This document shows, piece after piece, positions 34,377 through 44,386 of a stretch of DNA of 64,000 nucleotides; the stretch's first letter is position 1, and every line of letters starts with the position of its first letter. The stretch lies in the NCBI GenBank assembly GCA_963842525.1, contig CAWJGT010000012.1:1-64000 (forward strand), given 5' to 3'. Under the pieces are notes generated by a model. That model was not told the DNA's origin. It was given only the letters and a program-made list of their open reading frames with translations, and ran no database searches. The DNA is from an uncultured Holophagales bacterium (GTDB taxonomy: Bacteria > Acidobacteriota > Thermoanaerobaculia > Multivoradales > UBA5704). The translations under genes were made by a program, and so were the position numbers.

Positions 34377-35989
34377 GCGGCAGCCCTCCCCGGAATCTCG
34401 CACCGTGCAGCCAAATCAGCAAATTCAAAGCATTGACCGGAGAGTGCGAGATAGCCGTTGCATACCGCCAGGCATTCGCGCAGGAGCCCTAACTCGAAGT
34501 AGCCATGGGCTAGCAGAAGGCTGGCTGCGAAATTATAGGGATCCACTTCCAGAATCAGCTTTGCTTCAACGATCGCTTCTCTGGTCCGGCCAACCGCGAT
34601 CAACGCCTGCACGTACTTTTCCCGAACACTTAAGTCTCCCGTGCTCACGTCGACAAAGCGCCGAAAGCCTTCGATGAGTTGTTCGCGGTCCGTTCCGGCC
34701 AGCCGAACCGCTTCGAGAAGGAAGAGATCTCGCTGCAAGCGACGAGCCTTGACGACGAAGTGGAGAGCCACCAGGAGTAGTGGAGTCTCGTACAATAGAC
34801 CTAGAACCAAGTACAAACCCTGAATGGCCTCAGGCTCAATCCCTAGGATGGTTCCCAGTAAACCTACAAACAGCACGCTCGCTAAGAATCCCAGGATCAG
34901 CAACCCGACTCCCCCAGCCACCTTCCCCCTCGACGTCTTCCGTTCTACCCCCGTGTAGATCAGGGCCGCGCCACCTACGGTCAACAAGCCGGGAAAAATG
35001 CCGGAGGAGATAAGCCAGAAAGCAAGGAGCACGGCAACCCAGGTCCAACTTTTCCGGAGAGTCTCGCGAGCCCTCTTCTCCCAAGTGGTCGTCCGCAGTG
35101 TTCTTTCCTCATGCGGGGCCTGCTCCTTGTCCGATGCTGGCGTCGCGCGTGCGGCTTGGTCGGGCGCGAGCCGCTGCAGCTCCGTAAGGAGTTCTTCCGC
35201 GGAGCTGTAACGCTGGATCAGATCCTTTTCGAGCAGACGGAACAAGATCCGCTCCAAGTCGGGCGCCGGCTCGCCGGTGATCTGGCTCGGCGGTACGGGA
35301 GTCTTGAAGAAGATTTCCTTTGAAAGGCTTTCGAGACTGTCTCCCTCGAATGGGAGCTTTCCCGTGAGCAGCGCGTAGGCTGTTGCTCCCAGAGCCCAAA
35401 GGTCGGACTGGGTCGTGGGACGGCCCCGCAACTGCTCGGGCGCCATGAAGTGATAGGTGCCGCGGAGGCTCCTCTTCAATTGAAGTCCGCCTACGATCCG
35501 GCTCACTCCGAAGTCAACGAGGACGAACCTGCGGTCGTTACCGGTGCTGCTCACCCGGATATTGCTCAGCTTGAAATCGCCGTGGACGATGTCCTGTCGA
35601 TGAGCGTGCGCCAACGCGTCCGCCATCTGGACGAGGAACTGGATCACTTCCGTGGCCGGCAGTCTACCCCTGGTCGCAAGCTCTTCTTGGAGGTCGTGCC
35701 CAGGGACCAGCTCCATGACCAGCACCACTTGGCCGTTTTCCAGGAAGTAGTCCTCGAGGTGGACGATGTTCTTGTGCCGGAGTCGCGACAGCAGCTCTGG
35801 TTCCACGAGCACGGAGTCGAGGCTCAGTGTGTCTCCGATCACCTTGAGTGCCAGCTCTCTCCCGGGCTCACCTTGGCGGTGACCTCGGTATACTGCGCCG
35901 TGTGCCCCTCTTCCAATCTCGCCGGTGGCCACATAGCCGCCGAAGCGCGGCAGCATGTCGCCCCGTGCGCCCGCCACAGGCTCAATCAT
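34373..35989 (-). CDS. Hanks-type Ser/Thr kinase with a multi-TM segment and C-terminal TPR-like helices
   Basis: GRGAHG, ALK, HGDFKLSN, DFG, APE, SDLWALG; about 4 TMs; TPR-like tail. Confidence 0.9.
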   Translation of the reverse strand: MIEPVAGARGDMLPRFGGYVATGEIGRGAHGAVYRGHRQGEPGRELALKVIGDTLSLDSVLVEPELLSRLRHKNIVHLEDYFLENGQVVLVMELVPGHDLQEELATRGRLPATEVIQFLVQMADALAHAHRQDIVHGDFKLSNIRVSSTGNDRRFVLVDFGVSRIVGGLQLKRSLRGTYHFMAPEQLRGRPTTQSDLWALGATAYALLTGKLPFEGDSLESLSKEIFFKTPVPPSQITGEPAPDLERILFRLLEKDLIQRYSSAEELLTELQRLAPDQAARATPASDKEQAPHEERTLRTTTWEKRARETLRKSWTWVAVLLAFWLISSGIFPGLLTVGGAALIYTGVERKTSRGKVAGGVGLLILGFLASVLFVGLLGTILGIEPEAIQGLYLVLGLLYETPLLLVALHFVVKARRLQRDLFLLEAVRLAGTDREQLIEGFRRFVDVSTGDLSVREKYVQALIAVGRTREAIVEAKLILEVDPYNFAASLLLAHGYFELGLLRECLAVCNGYLALSGQCFEFADLAARCEIPGRAAA

Positions 35990-37445
35990 CGTGGACCTCC
36001 GTTACCATGTCGCCGATGGTAGCTTCCAAAGTGACAATCGGGCCGCTCTCTCCCTCTGCTGGCTGCACTTGGAGCGCGCTCTGTCCTTGCCCGCTGGCGA
36101 TCCGGGCTCGGAACAGGACTTCGAGGGTGATCACTCCACCCAAGATCAACCGGTCTCCCGAATGGATAGGGATGGGCATCTCTGGTTCGAGGATCTGACC
36201 GTTGAGGCGGGTCAAGCCTCGGCTTTGGTCCAGGACGAAGTAGTCCTTGTCGATCCGCTGGATCTCAAGGTGTCGACGGCTGATCCGCAGGCTCGCTTTG
36301 TCGGAGCCCGGGACGCGGATCACGAGATCGTTTCCAGAATCAGGGGCTTCGCCGGATTTTCGGCGCTGCCGGCCGAGTCGGAGGATCTCGGTTCCAACCG
36401 GAGCCAGGTAGGCGTAGGGTGTGCCAAGGACCCGCAAGTAAAGGGCAGGCTCGTTTTCCGCGGCAGCGTCATGGCGAAGCCCGAGGAGACCAGGGTTTCC
36501 CTGCGTCAGGGCCGGATCAGCTTGCAGCAGGCGTTTGAGCTGGGCGGCTTCGACATAACCGGGATTAGAGGCCAGAGCCCGATTCAGCCGCACCAGCGCC
36601 TGCGCGATCTGCCCTTGCTCGGCGAAGCGCCGAGCTTCGTCCAGATCCGATTTCTCTTGGAAGCGTCTCGCCGTGACCTCGCGCTGATAGATTTCGAAGT
36701 CCCGCCGACGGCGGGCGCGGTAGCGGGCGATGAGCCCGGTGCGGAGCGCTGCGGCGATGGCCAAGAGAAGGATCAGATGGAGGAGCCGACGTCCCCAGAG
36801 CCCGAGCGGGCCCGTTTTCTCGCGCCAGACGAAGGACGGCACGCTCGGCATTTCCGCTGCATAGAAGGAGGCTCCGAAGGAGACCGCGAGGGGCCCGTCT
36901 TCGGCGGTCAGGACAAGGAGCGGCCTGCGGGCTCCCTTCAGGTACTGCTTCGCCTCGTCCTGATCGAGTCGTAGCTCTTCGTGAGGGACTATCCCTACCC
37001 TGGCTAGCAAAGCATCTGCCTGCTGCTCGGCGGATCCCTTCGCCGGGAGGACGCGATGGACATCGATCTGCTGCTCCTGGGGAGGCCATGGCAGCCTCAT
37101 TCTGCGCTTCCAACCGTGTCCGGACCCCTTGGCTAGGAGCTCGGCGCAGATATCGGCGGACTTGGCCATGATCTCTTGCCGGTCGGGGCGGAAGGCCCGG
37201 AAGCTCCAGACGCCCAGCAGTGCGACGAAAACGAGCAGGGTGATGTTGAGCCGAAGAATCCAGGGAGGGCGCTCCTCTGGATCGACCGGTTCGACCTCCC
37301 GCAGCGCAGGAACAGTCTCCGGCATTCCCCGCGGGCTCTCGAGGATCGTCGGTCCGGCATCATCTTCCAGCTTCTGGCCGCAGGACGGGCATTCGACTGC
37401 TGTCGGCGCCACCGCCGTCCCACAACGCGGGCATCGATCCATCAC
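35982..37445 (-). CDS. Zinc-ribbon, 2-TM, TPR-like and FHA domain protein
   Basis: CPRCG..CPSCG; two TMs; LGR...ISRRH...D..S..GLTRLNG (FHA). Confidence 0.85.
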   Translation of the reverse strand: MMDRCPRCGTAVAPTAVECPSCGQKLEDDAGPTILESPRGMPETVPALREVEPVDPEERPPWILRLNITLLVFVALLGVWSFRAFRPDRQEIMAKSADICAELLAKGSGHGWKRRMRLPWPPQEQQIDVHRVLPAKGSAEQQADALLARVGIVPHEELRLDQDEAKQYLKGARRPLLVLTAEDGPLAVSFGASFYAAEMPSVPSFVWREKTGPLGLWGRRLLHLILLLAIAAALRTGLIARYRARRRRDFEIYQREVTARRFQEKSDLDEARRFAEQGQIAQALVRLNRALASNPGYVEAAQLKRLLQADPALTQGNPGLLGLRHDAAAENEPALYLRVLGTPYAYLAPVGTEILRLGRQRRKSGEAPDSGNDLVIRVPGSDKASLRISRRHLEIQRIDKDYFVLDQSRGLTRLNGQILEPEMPIPIHSGDRLILGGVITLEVLFRARIASGQGQSALQVQPAEGESGPIVTLEATIGDMVTEVHDD

Positions 37446-38467
37446 GTGAGCTCGAAGACCTCCGCTTGGAGAAAGAGTGACCCCATCTCAAGCTCGGTAC
37501 CTCGATCGAGCCGCGAGGCCAAGGCTGGATCATCGCCCGTGCGAAGGCAGTAGATCCCGTCTGCCTGGGAGAAAAGGCGGACCTCCCGCCCTTGGCCGAT
37601 CTCGACCGACTTGTCCGGTGCCAGCACGTAGCGCGAGAGCTCTTGCCCCGTCGGGCCGTAATAGATCAGCGTCCCGGCCGGTGAGTCTTCCCTCTCTTCG
37701 CGATGGAAGAGGAACCCGAGCGACGAGCCCAGGGACACGCGGTTGCCGCGGCCCAGAGGGGTGGCAGCAAGGATCTTGCGGCCGTCCACGTACGTGCCAT
37801 TGGCCGACTCCAGGTCTTCGAGAAAGAACTGTCGGCTTCCCGTGCGATAGGATAGCCGCGCGTGAAGATTGCTCACGCTCGCCGGGGCCCGCGTGAAGGA
37901 AAAGTCGCACTGTCGCGACCGGCCGAAGTCAGCTCTGGGGCCGAAGACGCAATGAACCTCCTCCGGCCGAGCTTTCGCGCGCAGCACGACCTTCCAGCGC
38001 CGCACAGCGGGTGCTGTGCCGCGCGAGATGTCTTCGGCGGCACGGCGGATTCCCTCCGCCACATTTTGCCACGCCTCGTCGGGGAGGCTCCACGCAACCA
38101 CGGCCTTACCGTCTTTCGGAAGGACCTGGAGCCTCGCGAACGGGGCTGACTTCCAGTCAGTCGGCCGGACAATGACCGGGATGACACGTGCTTCACCCCG
38201 CTCGTGGCGCTCGAGCGCCCGAGCCATTTCGATGTCATAAGAGTAGTCCGAAGCAATGAAATCGGCGCTGATCAGGAGCAGGATGATATCCGCCTGTTTG
38301 AGGTCCTCGTCAATCGCCCCCTTCCATTCCGATCCGGCCACGATCTTCCGATCGTGCCAGCTCTTAATGATGCCCTCCCGCTCCAACAGCTTGAGGTGGG
38401 TCTCGAGGGCGTCCCGAAGGAGCTCATCTTTGTGGGAATAGCTGTAGAAAAGCTTCAGAGCCTTCAT
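37442..38467 (-). CDS. TIR_2 domain + FHA domain fusion protein
   Basis: FYSYSHKD, WHDRKI.AG.EW, IILLLIS.DF.AS....DIE; FGR...VS..HA...DLESANGTYVDG. Confidence 0.9.
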   Translation of the reverse strand: MKALKLFYSYSHKDELLRDALETHLKLLEREGIIKSWHDRKIVAGSEWKGAIDEDLKQADIILLLISADFIASDYSYDIEMARALERHERGEARVIPVIVRPTDWKSAPFARLQVLPKDGKAVVAWSLPDEAWQNVAEGIRRAAEDISRGTAPAVRRWKVVLRAKARPEEVHCVFGPRADFGRSRQCDFSFTRAPASVSNLHARLSYRTGSRQFFLEDLESANGTYVDGRKILAATPLGRGNRVSLGSSLGFLFHREEREDSPAGTLIYYGPTGQELSRYVLAPDKSVEIGQGREVRLFSQADGIYCLRTGDDPALASRLDRGTELEMGSLFLQAEVFELT

Positions 38468-38586
38468 CGCCGCTCATCCAGGGCAGGGTTGACAAACTCT
38501 GCGTTTAGAGTTAGAGAATGTTACAACACAACCCAGCCCCTTGACAAGGCCCAACGAAAAGGTGAGGCCCAGAAGGCCGCAGCCTC

Positions 38587-39975
38587 CTACTCTCCCTTGA
38601 GCCCCGCCTTCTTCGCGTAGTACCGGAAGCTGCGGAAGCTCATCCGCAGCAGCTCGGCGGCCTGGGTCTGGACGCCGCCTGTGCGCTCCAGGGCCTGCTG
38701 CATGAGCTGGGCGCGGATGCCTTCGAGGTGGGCTTCGAGGTCCAGCCCCTCTTCGGGCAGCTCGATGAGGCTCGAATCGACCCTGCGGTGGGTGAGGAGA
38801 TGCACCGGGAGGTCGCGCGTGGTGACGGTCTCGGCGTGGGAGAGAGCCAGAGCGCGCTCGATCAGGTTCTCGAGCTCGCGGACGTTGCCCGGCCAGTCGT
38901 AGCTCTCCAGCATCTGCATGGCCTCGATCGAGATCTGCCGCGGCGGCAGGTCCATCTGCTTGCAGTACTTCTGCAGGAAGAAGTCGACCAGCAGCGGGAT
39001 GTCCTCCCGCCGCTGCCGCAACGGCGGCAGATGGATCGGCAGGACGTTGATCCGGTAGTAGAGGTCCTCGCGCAGCTCGCCGGTCTGGATGCGCGCTTCC
39101 AGGTCCTGGTTGGTGGCGGCGATGATCCGGACGTCGACCGGCTCCTCCTCGGTGCCGCCCACCTTGCGCACGACCTTCTCCTGGAGCGCGCGCAGGAGCT
39201 TCACCTGCATGGTGGGCGTCATCTCGCCGATCTCGTCCAGGAACAGGGTGCCGTGGTGCGCCTCCTGGAACAGCCCCTTCTTGTCGCGCACGGCGCCTGT
39301 GAAGGACCCCCGCTCGTGGCCGAACAGCTCGCTCTCCAACAGGTTTTCGGGCATCGCGCCGCAGTTGATGGAGAGGAACCGCCGGGCGGAGCGCGGGCTC
39401 GCGTAGTGGATCGCGCGGGCGATCAGCTCCTTGCCGGTGCCGCTCTCGCCGTGGATCAGCACCGTCGAGCTGGTGCGGGCGATCCGCTCGACGAGCGAGA
39501 AGATGGCCTGCATGCGCGAGCTCTTGCCGATGATGTTGTTGAACGTGTACTTCTGCTCCAGCTCGCGGCGCAGGTAGACGTTCTCGTGGGCGAGCTCCTC
39601 GCGCTCCAAGGCCTTCTGGACCACGATTTTCAGCTCGTCGACGTCGAACGGCTTCGAGATGTAGTCCGCCGCGCCCAGCTTCATCGCCTCGATCGCCGAC
39701 TTGGTCGAGGTGTAGGCGGTCATCATGACGACCGGCGGGCTCGGCTCGGCCGTCTTGATCTCGCGCAGCAGGTCGAGGCCGCTGCCGTCGGGCATCAGGA
39801 CGTCGCAGAGGATCAGGTCGTAGCCGTTGCGGCCCAGCGCGCGGCGGGCGTCGCCGACGCAGCGGGCGGTCTCCACCTCGTATCCCTCCTGCTGGAAGAG
39901 CAGCGAGAGGAAGTCGAGGATGCTCTCTTCGTCGTCGATGAGGAGCAGGCGTCCTTCCATGCGGGTCGGTTCCAT
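38587..39975 (-). CDS. pilR: Sigma-54-dependent response regulator, PilR-like
   Basis: [29 protein letters not shown]; follows pilS and pilC. Confidence 0.85.
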   Translation of the reverse strand: MEPTRMEGRLLLIDDEESILDFLSLLFQQEGYEVETARCVGDARRALGRNGYDLILCDVLMPDGSGLDLLREIKTAEPSPPVVMMTAYTSTKSAIEAMKLGAADYISKPFDVDELKIVVQKALEREELAHENVYLRRELEQKYTFNNIIGKSSRMQAIFSLVERIARTSSTVLIHGESGTGKELIARAIHYASPRSARRFLSINCGAMPENLLESELFGHERGSFTGAVRDKKGLFQEAHHGTLFLDEIGEMTPTMQVKLLRALQEKVVRKVGGTEEEPVDVRIIAATNQDLEARIQTGELREDLYYRINVLPIHLPPLRQRREDIPLLVDFFLQKYCKQMDLPPRQISIEAMQMLESYDWPGNVRELENLIERALALSHAETVTTRDLPVHLLTHRRVDSSLIELPEEGLDLEAHLEGIRAQLMQQALERTGGVQTQAAELLRMSFRSFRYYAKKAGLKGE

Positions 39976-39988
39976 CAAGCCAAATCCA

Positions 39989-41803
39989 TCAGGGCAATTC
40001 CGAGGCGGCGAGCAGCGCCGGCTCCAGGGCGTTGCGGACCGCGGCGGCTTCATCCCGCGGCAGCTCGACGGTGATCGTGGTGCCGCTTCCGGGCCGGCTG
40101 TCGGCGTGCAGCCGGCCGCCGTGGTCCTGCACGATGCGGTAGACGATGGCCATGCCGATACCGGTGCCGCCATCGAAGAACGAGCGGAACGGATGGAAGA
40201 GGTTGGCCCGCTGCTCCTCGGACATGCCGCGGCCGGTGTCGATCACCTGGAACCGGTAGCAGCGCTCGGCGAGCCGGCCCACGACCCGCAGCCGGCCGCC
40301 GTCCGGCATGGCCCGCAGGGCGTTGCGCGCCAGGTTCCAGAAGATCTGGCTCACCTGGTCCGCATCTCCAAGCAGCGCGGCGGAGGGCGGGTCGAGGTCG
40401 AGATCCAGCCGGTGCCGGTCGGACACCTCGGCGCTGTTGCGGAGCAGCTCGAAGTTCTCGGCGAGGAGCTTCGCGATGTCGAACGGCGTGCTGGAGCGGT
40501 CGCGGGGGCGCGCGAAGCGGAGGAAGCCCTTGATGGTCCGGTCGAGGCGCTGGCTCTCCTTGAGCAGGATGTCGACCAGCCGGCGCTGCGCCGGATCGGT
40601 GGCCGCCGCGCTGGAGAGCATCTGCACCGAGCCGGAGATCGCGGCGAGCGGGTTGCCGATCTCGTGCGCCAGCCCGGCGGCGAGCTCGCCGACCGCGGCC
40701 ATGCGGTCCTTGACGCGCAGCTCGTCGCGCAGCCTCCGCCAGTGGGTCAGGTCCTGGAAGATCACGATGTAGCCGCTGTGCCGGCCGGCGGCCTCGGTGA
40801 GCTGCGAGATGGAGAAGCCGATGTAGGCCGTTTCGCCCTCGCCGCGTTCCAGCTCCACCTCGGAACGGAGCTTGCCGCGCTGCTCGCTGGCGGCGGTGAG
40901 CTCGCCCCACTGGCGGGAGGAGAAGAGGCCGGATTCCTGGATCGGCCGGCCCACCAGCTCCCCCTCGGGTTTGCTCAGGATGGCGAGCCCAGCCTGGTTG
41001 ACCAGCGCGACGACGCCGTCGAGGTCGGTCGTGATCAGGCCGCTGTTGATCGACTGGACGATGTCGCGGTGCATCACCTGAAGGTCGGCCAGGTGCTCGC
41101 TCTTCTCTTCCAGCGCCCGCTCGGCGCGGGCGACGTTGTGGGCCAGGTAGGAGGTCAGCAGCGCCACGGCGTAGAAGCCCGCGCAGTGCACCGCCAGGCT
41201 GTAGGCCACGCGCCAGCTCGCCACCTGGTCCGGAGCGCTCCCCACGGGTTGCAGCACTCCGAAGTAGAGCAGCAGGATCAGGCTGGCATAGAGGAAGTTG
41301 GCGGCGCTCGCCACGATCACGCCGGCGCGGCGGCGCAGCAGCGTCGAAGCCACCGCGATGACGATCAGGTAGAGCAGCGAGAACGGGCTCTCGACGCCAC
41401 CCAGGAAATAGACCAGCGCCGTGATCAGCAGCAGGTCGCCGAAGAACTGGAGATAGGCGTGGATCGCCGGGCGCTTCCGCAGGACCCGGAGCAGGACGAT
41501 GTAGAGCAGGGTGGCGAGGAAGGTGAGGCCGCCGAGCCGGAAGACGATCTCCGGCCGGATCGCCTCCTCCCCGAAAACCGGCCGGACCGGCTTCTCCACC
41601 GTGGCAGGCTCGGAAGGAGGCGGCGCCACGGCGGGCGGCACCGCCGGGGACGTGGGAGCCGCCGTCCCGGTCTCCTCCTCGGGCACCTCGGGCGGAGAGG
41701 CGGTCGGGCCGATCAGCAGCAGCCCATAGGGCAGCAGCACGCTGCCGATCGCCACCAGGCGGATGGCGATGTACCACTTGAGCTGCCTCTGGAGTGTCAA
41801 CAT
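39989..41803 (-). CDS. pilS: Two-component sensor kinase, PilS-like
   Basis: Multi-TM N-terminus (GGVESPFSLLY), PAS, LAHEIGNPL, GTGIGM; downstream of pilC. Confidence 0.85.
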   Translation of the reverse strand: MLTLQRQLKWYIAIRLVAIGSVLLPYGLLLIGPTASPPEVPEEETGTAAPTSPAVPPAVAPPPSEPATVEKPVRPVFGEEAIRPEIVFRLGGLTFLATLLYIVLLRVLRKRPAIHAYLQFFGDLLLITALVYFLGGVESPFSLLYLIVIAVASTLLRRRAGVIVASAANFLYASLILLLYFGVLQPVGSAPDQVASWRVAYSLAVHCAGFYAVALLTSYLAHNVARAERALEEKSEHLADLQVMHRDIVQSINSGLITTDLDGVVALVNQAGLAILSKPEGELVGRPIQESGLFSSRQWGELTAASEQRGKLRSEVELERGEGETAYIGFSISQLTEAAGRHSGYIVIFQDLTHWRRLRDELRVKDRMAAVGELAAGLAHEIGNPLAAISGSVQMLSSAAATDPAQRRLVDILLKESQRLDRTIKGFLRFARPRDRSSTPFDIAKLLAENFELLRNSAEVSDRHRLDLDLDPPSAALLGDADQVSQIFWNLARNALRAMPDGGRLRVVGRLAERCYRFQVIDTGRGMSEEQRANLFHPFRSFFDGGTGIGMAIVYRIVQDHGGRLHADSRPGSGTTITVELPRDEAAAVRNALEPALLAASELP

Positions 41804-41882
41804 GGGACGGGAGGAACGGCCGGGAGCGGCTTTGTGAGCCGCTCCCGGATCAATTGTATACGGTCTCCGCGAGTCGAGCGTC

Positions 41883-43088
41883 CTACCCGATCTTGGTGAG
41901 GATCGAGTAGAGCGGCAGGTACATGGCCGTCACGATGGTGCCGATGATGACGCCCAGGATCGTGATCATGAGCGGCTCGATCAGCTTCATGAGGCCTGCG
42001 ACCGCGGTGTCGACCTCCTCTTCGTAGAAGTCTGCGATCTTCGACAGCATCTGGTCGAGAGCGCCGGTCTGCTCGCCGACGTTGATCATCTGGACCACCA
42101 TGGGCGGGAAGACCTTGGTGTCGCCCAACGGCTCGCTGATGGTCTTGCCTTCTTCGACGCTCTTGCGCACCGCCATGACCGAGTCCTCGATGATGGCGTT
42201 GCCCGCGGTCTTGGCGGTGATCTCGAGGCCGTCGAGGATCGGCACGCCGGACGAGGTCAGGGTGGCGAGCGTACGGCAGAACCGGGCTACCGAGATCTTG
42301 CGCAGCAGCATGCCGAGCACGGGGATCTTGAGCATCGCGCCGTCGATCACCCGCCGCCCGCGGTAGGTCCGGTGGTACCGGCCGATCGCCACCACGCCGG
42401 CCGCGAGCACGGGCACGATCAGGAAGAAGTAGCGGGCGACGAAGTTGCTGGCCCCGATCACCATCCGGGTCAGGAACGGCATCTCGCCGCCCAGGCCGGA
42501 GAAGAGCTGGGCGAACACCGGGATGACCTTCCACAGGATGATGAAGACCACGCCGCAGGCGATGACGATGATGCTGACCGGGTAGATCAGCGCCGACTTG
42601 ACCTGATTGTTGAGCTTGACGACCTTCTCGATGTAGGTCGAGAGGCGCTGCAGGATGATGTCGAGGATACCGCCCGCCTCGCCGGCCGCCACCATGTTGG
42701 TGTACAGGTCGTCGAACGCCTTGGGGTGCTTGCGCATGGAGTCGGCGATCGAAGAGCCGGACTCCACGTCGGTGCGCACCTGGTCGATGATCGACGCGAA
42801 GGCGCGGTTCTCCTCCTGGCCGCCCAGGATCTCGAGGCATTGGACGAGCGGCAGGCCGGCGTCCAGCATCACCGAGAACTGGCGGGTGAAGATGGCGATC
42901 CGTTTGCGGTTGACCTTGCGCGAGAAGCGCGGCAGGAGCTTGACCTCCCGCCCCTTCTCGCGGATGTTCATCACCTGGATCTGCTGGCGGCGCAGGACGG
43001 CGACGGCGGCGTCGCGGTTGTCCGCGAGCAGCACACCGTCCTGGACCTGACCGCCGCGGGCGCGGCCTCTCCATTCAAAGCTTGGCAT
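41883..43088 (-). CDS. pilC: Type IV pilus platform protein (T2SS F family)
   Basis: FTRQFSVMLDAGLPL, AGEAGGILD, GEQTGALD, MYLP. Confidence 0.93.
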   Translation of the reverse strand: MPSFEWRGRARGGQVQDGVLLADNRDAAVAVLRRQQIQVMNIREKGREVKLLPRFSRKVNRKRIAIFTRQFSVMLDAGLPLVQCLEILGGQEENRAFASIIDQVRTDVESGSSIADSMRKHPKAFDDLYTNMVAAGEAGGILDIILQRLSTYIEKVVKLNNQVKSALIYPVSIIVIACGVVFIILWKVIPVFAQLFSGLGGEMPFLTRMVIGASNFVARYFFLIVPVLAAGVVAIGRYHRTYRGRRVIDGAMLKIPVLGMLLRKISVARFCRTLATLTSSGVPILDGLEITAKTAGNAIIEDSVMAVRKSVEEGKTISEPLGDTKVFPPMVVQMINVGEQTGALDQMLSKIADFYEEEVDTAVAGLMKLIEPLMITILGVIIGTIVTAMYLPLYSILTKIG

Positions 43089-43091
43089 GGC

Positions 43092-44216
43092 TCAACTCCT
43101 TGCCGAGGCCCCCGACTCCAACCCGACCGACGGGTTCAGAGAGGCGGGTCCTCGGGCGATGATCTCTTGCAGCTCGTCGGGCAGCGACGAGCGTGACAGT
43201 GCGGTCTCCAGGGTGATCAGGCGCTTGAAGTAGAGCGAGGCCAGCGACTGGTTGAAGGTCTGCATCCCGTGCTTGGCCTGGCCGGCCTGCATCATGCCGT
43301 AGATCTGGTGCACCTTGTCCTCGCGGATCAGGTTGCGGATGGCCGGGCTGGGGATGAGGATCTCCATCGCCATCACCCGCCCCTTGTTCCCGGTCTTGGG
43401 CAGCAGCGTCTGGCAAAGAATCCCCTCCAGCACCATCGAGAGCTGGGCCCGGATCTGCCCCTGCTGGTGCGCCGGAAAGACGTCGATGATGCGGTTGATC
43501 GACTGCGCCGCCGAGTTGGTGTGCAGGGTGGCGAAGGTCAGGTGGCCGGTCTCGGCGATACGCAGCGCCGACTCGACCGTCTCCAGGTCGCGCATCTCGC
43601 CGATCAGCACCACGTCGGGGTCCTGGCGCAGGGCCGAGCGCAACGCGGCGGCGAACCCGTGGGTGTCGGCGTGCACCTCGCGCTGGTTGACGATGCACTT
43701 CTTGTGCGAATGCAGGAACTCGACCGGGTCCTCGATCGTGATCATGTGCTCGTGGCGCTCGCGGTTGACCTTGTCGAGCATGGCCGCGAGCGTCGTCGAC
43801 TTGCCGGAGCCGGTCGGTCCGGTCACCAGGATCAGCCCGCGCGGCTTCTCGCACAGCTTCTCGACGATCCCCGGCAGGCCCAGCTCCTTGAAGCCCTTGA
43901 TCTCGAAGGGGATCTGCCGGAAGACGGCCGCGATCGCGCCGCGCTGGTGGAAGATGTTGGCGCGGAACCGGGCGAGCCCCTTGATGCCGAAGGAGAGGTC
44001 GATCTCCAGGTCCTCCTCCAGCCGGTGCTTCTGGTTGTCGGTCAGGATCGAGTAGGCGAGCTGCTTGGTCTCCGCCGGGGTCATCGGCGGGATGGCCTCC
44101 AGCGGTCGCAAATGGCCGTCCACCCGGATCTGCGGCGGCGAGTTGGTGGTGATATGCAGGTCGGAACCCCCTGCGGCGACCATGTCCTTGAGCAACTGAT
44201 TCAACGTCGGCGGCAT
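43092..44216 (-). CDS. pilT: Twitching motility retraction ATPase
   Basis: GSDLH, GPTGSGKSTT, TIEDPVE, LRQDPD, AETGHL..TLHT, AIRNLIRE. Confidence 0.95.
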   Translation of the reverse strand: MPPTLNQLLKDMVAAGGSDLHITTNSPPQIRVDGHLRPLEAIPPMTPAETKQLAYSILTDNQKHRLEEDLEIDLSFGIKGLARFRANIFHQRGAIAAVFRQIPFEIKGFKELGLPGIVEKLCEKPRGLILVTGPTGSGKSTTLAAMLDKVNRERHEHMITIEDPVEFLHSHKKCIVNQREVHADTHGFAAALRSALRQDPDVVLIGEMRDLETVESALRIAETGHLTFATLHTNSAAQSINRIIDVFPAHQQGQIRAQLSMVLEGILCQTLLPKTGNKGRVMAMEILIPSPAIRNLIREDKVHQIYGMMQAGQAKHGMQTFNQSLASLYFKRLITLETALSRSSLPDELQEIIARGPASLNPSVGLESGASARS

Positions 44217-44344
44217 GTCGACAGACTCCCGGCTGACAGACTTGTTGAGCCCTGATGGGCGAACAACTGGGTGCACTAAGGGCTGGCCGGGAGTCTAACA
44301 CCATTCATGCTATAGAGGAAAGGGCATAAGTGGACTCGCGGTCG

Positions 44345-44364
44345 CCTGGGGTTTCAACCCCAGG
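44345..44364. repeat. Isolated REP hairpin CCTGGGGTTTCAACCCCAGG
   Basis: Identical to the hairpin at 19055-19074. Confidence 0.75.
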
Positions 44365-44386
44365 CGGCGATTGATATCTTTGCCCC

